The notes under the pieces were generated by a model, which saw only the letters and a program-made list of their open reading frames with translations, was not told the origin of the DNA and searched no databases. From Octopus vulgaris (Eukaryota), in contig OX597834.1 in NCBI GenBank assembly GCA_951406725.2, forward strand, positions 8,804,001 to 8,868,000: DNA of 64,000 nucleotides. The letters are read 5' to 3'. The translations under genes and the position numbers were made by a program. This document shows positions 1-11,971 of the stretch, piece after piece (position 1 is the first letter of the stretch; every line of letters starts with the position of its first letter).

Positions 1-1
1 G

Positions 2-451
2 AAGAGAAAGGTGAGCAACAGTTGCTGCTCTCCAGGAGACGTGCAGGTTGCAGCAGAGGAGGAGGACCCTTCAGATGTGCCGATAGAGGTCCCAACTCCC
101 GCAACCGAAAGAAGAAAAAAGATGAAGAAAAACGGGAGACGGTCAGCGGATGTCGCTGTGCCACCGACCGAATCCGATGTTCCACCGTTGGGAAGTGTTC
201 CACCGGAGCATGAGTCTCTGTCAGTGGGAATTGTTCCACTGACAGAACAGGATAAGACCTCTCTCTGTGAGGAAGAGTTTGTCGTTCTCTATATCAAAGG
301 AGGGCCTGATGAGTTACACTTGGACAGTCTACTAGACGTGAAGCGATACGACTTGACCTGTATAGACTGTCCAAGCTGGTCTCCGCAGGTGGCTGCGGAG
401 GTCATAAATCAGAAAGAACTGATTGAGGTCAGGAAGACCTGTAACAAATAA
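2..451 (+). CDS. C-terminal part of an ORF running in from the window edge; probably a retroelement ORF1-like (low-complexity, Pro/Glu/Lys-rich) protein
   Basis: The frame is open from base 2 to the stop at 449-451 and is markedly more GC-rich than the rest of the window. A T-rich 3' UTR-like tract follows, ending in AATAAA at 737-742. No domain is recognised, so the product call is inference. Confidence 0.4.
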   Translation, partial: KRKVSNSCCSPGDVQVAAEEEDPSDVPIEVPTPATERRKKMKKNGRRSADVAVPPTESDVPPLGSVPPEHESLSVGIVPLTEQDKTSLCEEEFVVLYIKGGPDELHLDSLLDVKRYDLTCIDCPSWSPQVAAEVINQKELIEVRKTCNK

Positions 452-740
452 GATTACTTCCCTCGGTCCGGGCCTGCCAATGCAGGCTTCCCTGCAGGCG
501 GCAGACGAAAAATAATGAACTATATATTTTTTGTAATTGTAGTTTTTGAATTTTTGTGAATACAATTTAGATTTCTATTGATTTAAATTGAACTGTGATT
601 TGGAGGGTTTATCGGTCGGCGGGTGCCGGTGCCCCTCTTATTTTTTCCCCTCTTTGTCGTTTTCATACGCATTAATGTCTCTGTCCAGCCTGCAGCTACC
701 TCTATCTCTGTTGGACTTTCATGGTCACTTCGATGAAATA

Positions 741-881
741 AAGTAGCTTGCTTACGAACCACATGGTTCCGGGTTCAGTCCCACTGCATGGCACTTCGGC
801 CAACTTGTCTTCTACTATAGCCTCGGGCCGACCAAAGCTTTGTGAGTGGGCTTGGTAGACGGAAACTGAAAGAAGTCCGTC

Positions 882-934
<53 letters not shown>

Positions 935-1134
935 TGTGTGTATATATTCGTGTGTCTGTGTTTGTCCCCCCAACATCGCTCCACAACCGATGCTGGTATG
1001 TTTACGTCCGGCAAAAGAGACCGATAGAATAAGTACTAGGCTTACAAAGTATAAGCCCTGGGGTCGATTTGCTCGACTAAAGGCGGCGCTCCAGCATGGC
1101 CATAGTCAAATGACTGAAACGAGTAAAAGAGGAT
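741..1134 (+). mobile_element. tRNA-derived SINE family A (tRNA head, CORE-like segment, internal microsatellite, 3' tail), missing the first ~24 nt
   Basis: B-box GGTTCAGTCCC, segment 'ctactatagcctcgggccgaccaaagc', internal (TA)n and tail 'ccagcatggccatagtcaaatgactgaaac'. Matches the copies at 23663 and 48326. Confidence 0.9.
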
Positions 1135-1944
1135 AAATGCTTCCTTATTGTATAGATTGCAGCACACATACCTCAGCTGAATACTATTTTACTACAGTGT
1201 ATCAAGTTTTGGCAGATGAACTCGCTCACATGTTACCATGGGGCGTCTTGAGAGAAAAATCTATTTCCAAGGGAATATCACTACGGGTATATAGCCGAAT
1301 ACTTAATTCCACATGCTTTCCATCAGTGTTTTGGCACGTCATTGACTAAACCATCTGTGACACTGTGAAAGATTCTCATTCGAACTCCTTCTAACTGATA
1401 CTGTCGTTTCCCGATGATGAGACCTGTAAAATTCACATTAGTAAAACAAAACTATTGTGCTGCGACACATATATATATATATATGTTTATTAGTTAAAGG
1501 CAAAACAAGTAGAAGCGATTCATAATTGTTTCCTAACGATTAAGTGCTAAAATACGCGGAAGAAATCCATTGATACATTCTATAGAGAACGCAGAATTCA
1601 TATCCGATATTGCGTATATTGTGTCAAAGAATCTGGAATAAGATCGCTCCGGTAAATGTTAGCAATCAACCCGGTAATTGACTTTCATTTGTAACTTCTT
1701 GAAGAAAGATGGTTCACGCTGATAAATTGAAAGATGTTTCCAGTTCCTTCCACTGTGGCATTTTGAAATACAATTCTTCACAAATGTCCATGTATTTCTA
1801 TATTTTAGGAAAACAATAGCCTAAAAATTTATTAGAGAAAATTCGCGGCCATTGTTTAAGAAAACAATGGAGTCGCTGAAGATATCTGGATATGTCGGAG
1901 ATGTCTCTCGTGAATGCATATTATATAGAAGGAAACTTCAACGA

Positions 1945-2052
1945 CGTAATATTTATGGTGGTAGCAAAACCATCCCGGACGAGTTATGCTTAATGAAAAG
2001 CGACACATTTACCAAAGATTTAAAATCATCTCCTTCCAAGTAGTTACCTTGT
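1945..2052 (-). mobile_element. 3' end remnant of a mariner element
   Basis: The reverse complement 'caaggtaactacttggaaggagatgattttaaatctttggtaaat...' aligns by eye with the 3' end and TIR of the mariner at 22228-22326. Confidence 0.55.
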
Positions 2053-2054
2053 CT

Positions 2055-2755
2055 CACTGGTAGAATGTGTTTATAAAACATCATTTTTTCTTGGTTTTAT
2101 TGAGAAAATTCTATAGTTTGTAACATATTTCCACTATGAAATCGAGCATTTTGGCAATTTTAACCAATCAAATTGGTCCTTTGGAGTCAAAACATACCGT
2201 GCTGAATGAATATGCCACTCGTTTAAGGAACAGATTGGGTTTATATACATTTGCGAAGAAAAAAAGATACCCTTCCCCTAACCCTAAAATAGATTGAAAT
2301 TCAATAGATCGATACAAGGGCCATAATTATGGATGACAATTTCATACGACACCGCTACGAAAAATGGATTTTTTTTCTAGCGGTGTCAAATGAAAATGTC
2401 ACCTATAATTATGGCCCTGGTATCGATCTATTGCATTTCAATCTATTTTAGGGTTAGGGGTGGGTTAAGGGTATTTTTTTTCGTCGCAAATGTAAATAAA
2501 CCTAATCTGTTTCTCAAACGATGGGCATATTCATAGAGCACGGAATCGTTTCACCCCAAATGGAGGTGAACGATTGGTTAAAATTGCCAAAATGCTCGAT
2601 TTTAAAGTGGAAATATGTTACAACATATAGAATTTTCTCAATAAAGCCAAGAAAAAATGATGTTTCCTAAACACATTCTACCAGTATACGAAGTTTAAAA
2701 GTGTTTAGTCAACTAGAAATTCTGTTGACATCTGCCATTCAAAAGGAAAAGATCC
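2055..2755. mobile_element. Foldback (inverted) dimer of the GGATC-TIR MITE
   Basis: 2055-2360 and 2375-2686 are reverse complements of each other and both match the MITE at 19536-19947. The right arm ends in a diverged TIR 'ctgccattcaaaaggaaaagatcc'. Confidence 0.85.
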
Positions 2756-3769
2756 AAGTTGCGATATTCCTAACAGAGGGAACCACACATATGTCTCATG
2801 GTTTCAACCTCTGCTTAGTCCTTGGGAAATTATAGAGTTAACCACTTAGTTGCCAGAGTGGAGATCACGACTTGAAGATAACACCATATGTAATTATTTC
2901 CTGCTGCACTCTTCATTGTATAGTACGACCGTCTGTTAGTATATACGGGTGGAAGCGGCTGTTCAGGAAGACCTCATGAATGCTGTTTTCTTCATTTCCA
3001 TTTCAAGTATCAGAGTTCCTGTAAAGGTTACTGACAAAGTCATTAAAACGTATGTGGTGCTTGTGTGAGAACGGTCGAAGTATAGCAAACATATGATCCA
3101 CAGAAAATTACGTAGCTGTGCAATATAATTTTAGTGTGATTTCATTAGGCCATTTCATAGAATACACAGCGTAGAATGTTGTGTGAATAGTGAAGTAGAT
3201 GCATCCGCACTAGTAAGAAATACGCAATGTTTATGACTAATGTGCAACAAGCAAAGTAGACTGTGAATGCGAGAAATAAATTTATACTGTATATATAATC
3301 ATGTAACATAAATGGCTATAAATAATTGTAAATGTGCATAAACGAAAATGAACGAGATTAAATGAATACGATAGTTTAAAATGAATGGAAGATACTGAGT
3401 GGGAAAAAATGTTGGAACAGATACTAAAATTGGAATAGATACTAAAATAGGTAATAAAGTTGGCAAGAAGCGGATACTTAAGTAATTTGATATATAAGTA
3501 TAAATTATAAGAATAGATATCATACAGAGATAGCATTTATTTTTTAAAATTTTATTTTGCCGGAGAATATCATTATATTAAATCTCGCATTGTGCCTGTA
3601 TTCTTGTTGTTTCATTTTATATATCCTTGCTTTAAAATTTGGTTTGCTCTGTATATGGAATATTTTGTTAGCTTTAAATGTTCCTTGTTTTGGCACTGAA
3701 GCCTCAGCTTTACTTATTGAGCTCATTCATATGTGGCTCATCGAATGTTACGATGTAAAGATTCCCCTA

Positions 3770-4170
3770 GGTCAGGAATGGACCGTGGTATTGAACCTAG
3801 AATGTGACCCTCTGAGGCACAAGTCCAGAAAAGGGTTCATGGAAGACCAGCTGTCAACCATGCATTCCAACCTATCTTCTCCAAGGCATCGATGTTTTCC
3901 AAGAGTAAGAAAAAATCCGATTCAGCTTGACACCAGTGACGTTGCAACTCATCATAGCTGTGTAGTGTCTTCTTGAGCAAGACACTTTATTTCACGTTGC
4001 TCCAGTTCACTTCACTGTGTAAATGAGTTGTGACGTCACTGTTGCCAGGTTGTATCGGATTTTAGCTTTCCCTTGGATAACATCGGTGTTGTAGAAAGGG
4101 GAAGCTGGAATGCATGGGCCACTACAGGTCTTCCATACACTACCTTCTCCGGTCTAGTATTTCGAAGATT
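3770..4170. mobile_element. Two divergently oriented, headless copies of a CORE-like SINE (family D)
   Basis: The reverse complement of 3918-3953 (gatgagttgcaacgtcactggtgtcaagctgaatcgg) matches 4022-4058 (aatgagttgtgacgtcactgttgccaggttgtatcgg). A CORE-like 'cttgagcaagacactttatttcacgttgctccag' lies at ~3972. Confidence 0.65.
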
Positions 4171-4467
4171 GCAATCCTTCCTTCTTTCTCTTAAGATGTA
4201 AGAGAAAGAATATGAATTGTTGCAACTAAATATGGCAGCTTTCAGACGGCGATGTTTGATTATTTGATGGTTATCATCCGTTTAAATTCCGGATGATTCC
4301 TGAACGTGACATTTCAAGTCTGATGAATTCGTGGTAAAAATGTTACTTATAATGTTACCCATATGATTATGTCGCATCTGTCGCTTTTTCTACGGGTGTG
4401 CGCCCTCCTATGTTTCTCATTATATATGGGTAACTAACTGTTACACATATAATATTCACCTTCTGCT

Positions 4468-4536
4468 ATTCAAATTCAAGATGACTGACGACAAGCACAT
4501 CGTGCTCGAAACCCAAGGGTACCATCGAATTTGAAT
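4468..4536 (+). ncRNA. Type I hammerhead ribozyme motif (slightly decayed)
   Basis: attcaaattc-aa-gatga CTGACGA caagcac-atc-gtgctc GAAA ccc-aa-ggg TA ccatc-gaatttgaat. Core intact, stems II and III present, long bulged stem I. Confidence 0.7.
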
Positions 4537-5056
4537 TAAACTGCTTTGATTCATGCATGTAATTCCCAATAAACTGGATGAAGGGCTCTCTTTAATCTGT
4601 ACACTTGCACATATATATATTTATTGATACGATCAGGCAAATTCTTATATATAAAAGAGCCGAACGTCTGAACACAAAAACATAAATTGCACAATCAGTA
4701 AATTAATAGTCAAAGATGAAATTATGTAACACAAGTTATAATACCAAAAGAATTTCATGTCCAGTCCTCCTCGATTGTTCAAAGATAGGTGGTGAACGAT
4801 CCGATCCGTATGCAGCTCTCTCTCGTAATTCGTGATATTCGCTGCATTCTGAACTCACCTCAGTTCGATTTTGCTTTCCTATTTTTAACAGGAAGTAAAT
4901 GTATATATATATATATATACATATACACATACATATATATATATAGATATATATATATATTTGTACATTTTTATCTACATATATGTATATATATATATAT
5001 ATACATACACATATATAGATATATATATTTGTACATTTTCATCTACATATATGTAT

Positions 5057-5101
<45 letters not shown>

Positions 5102-5214
5102 TTGTATGAGTGAGGTTACGAATAAACAAACAATACAGATGTGCACAAGAAAGGTATTAGCATGACGCTCAGTGAAAATACTTTGTCATTAGGGGTGTGG
5201 CTCTTCTATAAACA

Positions 5215-5815
<601 letters not shown>

Positions 5816-5879
5816 CCCAGAAATCGAAAACAGAGAGTTGCTTATTTGCAAAAAAAAAAAAAAAAAAAAAAAGAAATAT

Positions 5880-6215
5880 AAAATGTGACTTCATTGACCG
5901 AGGTTACCGTGGTCTTTTCCGTAGGCTTTTCTTTCCACGGGTAAACCTCACCTGTCCTCCCCTTTACACTTCATATTGACATTTCTGTGATAACGATCCC
6001 TATTGATCAATTTTTTTTTTTTTTTTTTTTTCCTCTCCCCCTTTTTTTAACCCCCCTTTTTTTTGTCCTCCTTCTCTCCTTTTACGATCCCTTTTGATCG
6101 AAACTCCCCCTTACCTTTTTTTTTTTTTTTTTTTTTTTTTAAACATTCAAAAGAAAAGCTCTACCTTGTAATTTGTTCTATCTGTGTGCAGCCCTGTGTG
6201 GCTAATAAAGAAACA

Positions 6216-6216
<1 letters not shown>
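5880..6216 (+). mobile_element. 3' end of a non-LTR retroelement embedded in (TATC)n (Tx1-like by inference)
   Basis: Pyrimidine/T-rich 3' UTR ending '...ccctgtgtggctAATAAAgaaaca' fused directly to (TATC)n. The same terminus occurs at ~5276 (+) and ~37170 (-). Confidence 0.6.
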
Positions 6217-6249
<33 letters not shown>

Positions 6250-6262
6250 CCTATCTATCTAC

Positions 6263-6313
<51 letters not shown>

Positions 6314-6318
6314 CCTAC

Positions 6319-6377
<59 letters not shown>

Positions 6378-6418
6378 CCTACCTACCTACCTACCTACCT
6401 ACCTACCTACCTACCTAC

Positions 6419-6457
<39 letters not shown>

Positions 6458-6474
6458 CCTACCTACCTACCTAC

Positions 6475-6573
<99 letters not shown>

Positions 6574-6720
6574 CCTACCTATCTATCTACCTACCTACCT
6601 ATCTATCTACCTACCTACCTACCTACCTACCTACCTACCTACCTATTTATCTACCTACCTACCTATCTATCTACCTACCTATCTGTCTATCTACCTACCT
6701 ATTTATCTGTCTATCTGTTT
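6216..6720. repeat. (TATC/TACC)n microsatellite
   Basis: Seen directly. Confidence 0.95.
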
Positions 6721-7074
6721 ATATATGTGTATGCATATCTATACACACACAGACACATGTATATGGGCATTTATCTATCTATTTCTCTCTCAGACTCTAT
6801 ATATATACATATCAGAAGCGAAGAAATTTCAATTATTGCGCTTGCATGTCTGAATTTGCTGTGTGTATATTGTTTCCCCAGAAGTGTCTGTGTTTGTGTG
6901 CAGCAGCTGAGTTACAGAAGTATTGGCTATTAAGATAAAAATTAAAATCAACAATGAGGGACCAAATAAATTTATCAATCATGATAATAAAAACGTCAAA
7001 TTTAATTTTTCTATGGATGAACGGAAAACATATGGAGAGAAACCGCTGGCCCACACACACGAACACATGTCTTT

Positions 7075-7147
7075 AAACACACACACACACACACACACAT
7101 ATATACATATATATATATGCATATATATATATATATACACACACATG

Positions 7148-7183
<36 letters not shown>

Positions 7184-7447
7184 CATATATATATACATAC
7201 ATACATATGCATATATATACATACATATATATATATACATACATACATATGCATATACATACATATGCATATACATACATACATATGCATATACATACAT
7301 ATATATGCATATACATACATACATATGCATATATATACATACATATGCATATATAAATATATACATACAAATCTATATACATTTATAAATATTTGTATAT
7401 ATATATATAAATATATATAGATATATACACATATATGTATACACACA

Positions 7448-7485
<38 letters not shown>

Positions 7486-7586
7486 AACATATATATATAC
7501 ACACACGCATATATATACACACAAATATATAGTATATATGAGCACATAAATTTATGCATACATGTGAAAATATAAACGTATATATT

Positions 7587-7619
<33 letters not shown>

Positions 7620-7815
7620 TTGTAAACATCTATATAAATATATATAAAACACACACACACACACACACACACACTTATATATATATACATACAGAGAGAA
7701 AGAGATAGTGTGAGATATATTCGAAAGATAGATGTGTGTCTGTGTGTGTGTGTGTGTGTGTATGTGTGTCTGCGTGTGTATGAGAGAGTGAGAGAAAGCC
7801 TGTGTGTGTGTGTTC
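7075..7815. repeat. Compound (CA)n/(TA)n/(TACA)n/(TG)n microsatellite
   Basis: Seen directly. Confidence 0.95.
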
Positions 7816-8213
7816 ACGTTTGTGTATACTTATAATGATATAGGTATATATCGGTTATGTATATACGTATGAGTATATATTGGCTGAAATGTTTATAGCT
7901 TACGATAAATAAGTGTATGATGGAATTTTACAGTTTTCCAGAAGCAATTAACATAAACTTCAGTTGAACGATCATCCGATGCAAAGAATCATGTTATTTA
8001 TTACATAAGTGTTATAGTTTATATATACAATAAACATTTTTATAAAATAATATTCAACTTTTTTTTTCTTTTATTTTCGAAAGAACGACTTGAGAACAAG
8101 ATATATTTCTTTAAATCTTATGCATTTATGTGCGTGTAGGAACCGAAGGCGCATTAATGTCTGAGTGGAGAAGAAATCCGCCCTCCAACCTCAATATTCC
8201 TGCTTGAAACGTG

Positions 8214-8256
<43 letters not shown>

Positions 8257-8261
8257 CTTTT

Positions 8262-8618
8262 CTTTCCTCTCTTTACTTGTTTCAGCCATTTGACTGCGGC
8301 CATACTGGAGCACCACCTTTAGTCGAGCAAATCGACCCCAGGACTTATTCTTTGTAAGCCTAATACTTATTCTATCGGTCTCTATTGCCGAACTGCCAGG
8401 TTACGGGACGTAAACACACCAGCATCGGTCGTCAAGCGATGTTGGGGGGGGGGGGGACAAACATACGACGGGTTTCTTTCAGTTTCCGCCTTCCAAATCC
8501 ACTCACCAGGTTTTGGTCGGCCCGAGGCTATAGTAGAAGACACTTGCCCAAAGTGCCAAGCAGTGGGACTGAACCCGAAACCATGTGGTTGGTAAACAAG
8601 CTACTCATCAAACAGCCA
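8262..8618 (-). mobile_element. SINE family A, lacking the internal microsatellite
   Basis: Reverse complement of head, CORE-like segment and tail; the two halves are joined at 'ggggacaaacatacgacgggtttc'. Confidence 0.9.
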
Positions 8619-8629
8619 ATATATATATA

Positions 8630-8840
8630 TTTCTTTACTACCCACAAGGCGTCAAACAAGGACAGATAAACGGACTAAGTCGATTATATCGACTCCAGTG
8701 AACTGGTACTTAATTTATCGACACCGAAATGATGAAAGGCAAAGTCGACCTCGGCGGAATTTGAACTCAGAACGTAACGGCAGACGAAATACGGCTACGC
8801 ATTTCGCCCGGCTTGCTAACGTTTCTGCCAGCTCACCGCC
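8630..8840 (-). mobile_element. tRNA-derived SINE family B
   Basis: Reverse complement of 'ggcggtgagctggcagaaacgttagc...gagttcaaattccgccgaggtcgactttgcctttcatc...gtgggtagtaaagaa'. Matches 43209 and 50098. Confidence 0.9.
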
Positions 8841-8946
<106 letters not shown>

Positions 8947-8985
8947 TGAGTGGATAAACGAAAGAATGGCACTCAAAATTACCAT

Positions 8986-9028
<43 letters not shown>

Positions 9029-9029
9029 C

Positions 9030-9358
9030 AAGTACTTCGTCGGTTGCGACGACGAGGGTCCCAGCCGATACGATCAACGGAGGAGCTTTGCTCGCGAAAT
9101 TAACTTGCAAGCGGCTGAGCACTCCACAAACACGTGTAATCCTTAACGTAGTTCTCGGGGAGATTCAGCGTGACACAGCGTGTGACAAGGCTCACCGTGT
9201 GAAATACATGTATTACTCTTTTCTTTTTTGGCAAGCTGAGTGGACTGGTGCAACGTGAAATAGTGTCTTGCTCAAGGACAGAACGCGCCGCCAGGAATTG
9301 AACTCACGACCCTACGATCATAAGCCGAATTCCCCTAACCACTAAGCCACGCGGCTTC
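9030..9358 (-). mobile_element. tRNA-derived CORE-like SINE family C
   Basis: Minus strand reads A-box 'tggcttagtggttagg', B-box 'gagttcaattcc', then 'gtccttgagcaagacactatttcacgttgc'. A second copy lies at 26400-26680. Confidence 0.85.
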
Positions 9359-9516
9359 AAACACACACACATATATATATATATATACACACACGGACAA
9401 ATGACGCGCACGCTCATTGACACACATGTATAAACACATATGCACACATATATATATATACACAAATACTTATGTAAATATGTATATATATGTACATATA
9501 TATATATTTATATATA

Positions 9517-9552
<36 letters not shown>

Positions 9553-10180
9553 TGTACATATCTATACATATATATGTGCATATATAAACATATATATATG
9601 TGCATATATAAACATATATATATATGTGCATATATATATATATACATATATATAGTAGAAATCACTATGTGTGTATGTGTTTTTTGAGTGTGGGTATATA
9701 GTGTTAACGACAACGGTGTATGTAAAACTACTACAAATTTTTGGTGCGAAGATTTAAAATAGAAACCTTTGAAGATGTTACATGAAATGATTCCTAAACA
9801 TTATGAATATGTTAAAGTATCTTATTCGCTGAATTGTAGGCAGTGACTTGTGACTACATATTTCCTCCTGTCCTCAGATCTTCACACTCCGTATTGTTGA
9901 GCGCCGTGTCAATGTTAAAGAATGTTTCACTGTATAGATTACGTTCGCTTTCCATGTTTATTTGAACTGACTTGGCTTAAGGCATTCGATTAACCTCTCT
10001 TCAGATGCAGATAATTTCAATAATTTAAGATTTCACATTCTATCATATACAATAATTCAAGATTTTATATTCAATTATATATATATATATATATATATAA
10101 ATAACAATAGGGTAATAAGAAATTATTATTACCAGTGGCCTAGCACAAAAACGAATTAGTCATTAGACTATATATTATTC

Positions 10181-10375
10181 ACATAGAAATACAATAAGAG
10201 GCTTCCAAATAGGAAAGCCTTGTGCTAGAAAGAGATGTAGGAATCTCAAAACGAGTACTCTGTCGTTTGCAACGACGAGTGTCCCCACTCGTTATGGTGG
10301 TTTTGAGTTTTCTACTGCTCTTTCTAGCACAAGGCTTTCTTATTTGGAAGCCTCTAATTGTATTTCTGTATATGT
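10181..10375. repeat. Long inverted repeat (~70-bp arms) within a (TA)n-flanked insertion
   Basis: 'agaaatacaataagaggcttccaaataggaaagccttgtgctagaaagag' pairs with 'ctctttctagcacaaggctttcttatttggaagcctctaattgtatttct'. Confidence 0.85.
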
Positions 10376-11320
10376 GTTTATGTGTATATATATGTGTGTA
10401 TATATGTATATGCGTATATATATATATATATATATATATAAATATATGTCTGCATCATTATTGGTGAATTACTGCAACTGAATTACCTCCATTACCTCCC
10501 AAAGCAAACGTGTTCCCTGTTTGCATTTAATTAACAATTTATTTGAATACATTTTTAATTATTTAAATCATTTCTGTGAGTATTTCAGTTCTTTCTCTCA
10601 GTGCACATAAAAAAACACATAACCCGCATTGCAGATCTTTGAAATCGCTAGCTCTGTATTCTTGTCTACAAAACCCCCATAACTAGAGCGTATCTATGCC
10701 AACGTTGTATATATATAATACAGTACAGTATCAACTAAACCTATTTCATAAATTGGATGACGCTGTCCTTGACTCTTTTGCCTGGAAACCAGTCGCTGTG
10801 ATGATGGCAGGAACATTTTTGATCATAAGTCTTTCATCATAGCATTTTGAACAAAAGTCTTTGATCAGCGGTTTTTGATCATACTTCTTTTATCATAAAA
10901 TATCGATTGTAAGCTAACATGGGGATGAATATAATCAACATCATCACTTATTAAGTACCCTCTATCTAAGTGCAGTGTGGACCCCTAACTCTATAATTAT
11001 TGAATATAAATTATAGAAAGGAATTTCTCTCACCTCTTTGAAAAAGGATTTCTACAAGAATTGCCGCTGCTTCACGTGATGTACATAAATATGAAATAAA
11101 AAAAATACAATACGGTATACATTTATTAAACGGACGAAATGGTGCAAGCACTGCCGTGTGATTAGGTGTTTCGTTTTGCTACTTTAGGATTCATGGGTCA
11201 ATCGCACAACACCTTGATCAAGTCGATTCTGATATAATTTCTCATGGAAGAAATGTACGAATGGTAATTTATTGACGAAAAGTCAGCAATAGCTCTCGTG
11301 CTTACGCATACATGCATATG

Positions 11321-11376
<56 letters not shown>

Positions 11377-11379
<3 letters not shown>

Positions 11380-11922
11380 ATAAATCAGCGTATTGCCTAT
11401 AGAATAAACTTCTATAGCCCTTAATTATAAGATGTTTATACTTCAACCGTAAAGGTTTTTTTAGTATACTGTCACGCTTTTTGATGGAATCATTTTCTGT
11501 AGAGAGAGGGTCTTCATACTATATTGTTAGTGGTAAACTCCCTGCTTGTTACAAGGGGACCGGTAATCATTACAATATGTAGCGGCGATAGGTCAACACG
11601 TTGTTCTGAGACTGACCAAGGAATTTTTATTTCTAGATATAAATGATGTACTTAAATGTGGTTGTGTTTTTAGCTTCTGCTTTTTCCATGATCACATGTG
11701 AGTATTTTATTTATGTTCCCTCGTAAGCTCTACTGAGGAAGAACATATCTTTTATAGGGATTAATTCCGAAATTGATTCAATATAGAGATAACGAAATTT
11801 AAATTTTCTAAAAGTTAGTTGCCCTCTTTAAGTTCAATTTTCCTGTAACAAATGGATTATAAGTGGATAAATCAGTGTATTGGCTATAGAATAACCTTCT
11901 TTAGCCCTTAATTATAAGATGT
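11377..11922 (+). mobile_element. Non-coding HHR-bearing unit with 59-bp terminal direct repeats (retrozyme-like or Penelope pseudo-LTR), inserted in (TA)n
   Basis: 11377-11435 matches 11864-11922 with 4 mismatches (period 487). (TA)n on both sides; HHR inside. Confidence 0.75.
11728..11788 (+). ncRNA. Minimal type I hammerhead ribozyme motif
   Basis: ctcta CTGAGGA agaa...ttcc GAAA ttg-att-caa TA tagag. Stem I ctcta/tagag, near-palindromic stem III; the first stem II pair is an A-C mismatch. Confidence 0.75.
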
Positions 11923-11971
11923 ATATATATATATATATATATATATAAACGTATACATATATATATATATT

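Noticed and set aside
300-345. CTGATGAG inside the first ORF
   Set aside because: No matching GAAA or stems; probably a chance match in coding sequence.
1405-1465. Hammerhead-like 'ccgatgatgagacctgtaa...aaactattgt'
   Set aside because: No convincing stem II, GAAA or stem I pairing in this copy.
3557-3976. 139-aa ORF
   Set aside because: Starts at TTG in AT-rich sequence and its second half is the antisense of a SINE body.
9290-9358. Possible tRNA gene (also the SINE A and B heads)
   Set aside because: A and B boxes are present but continue into SINE bodies found in multiple copies; no complete cloverleaf was verified.
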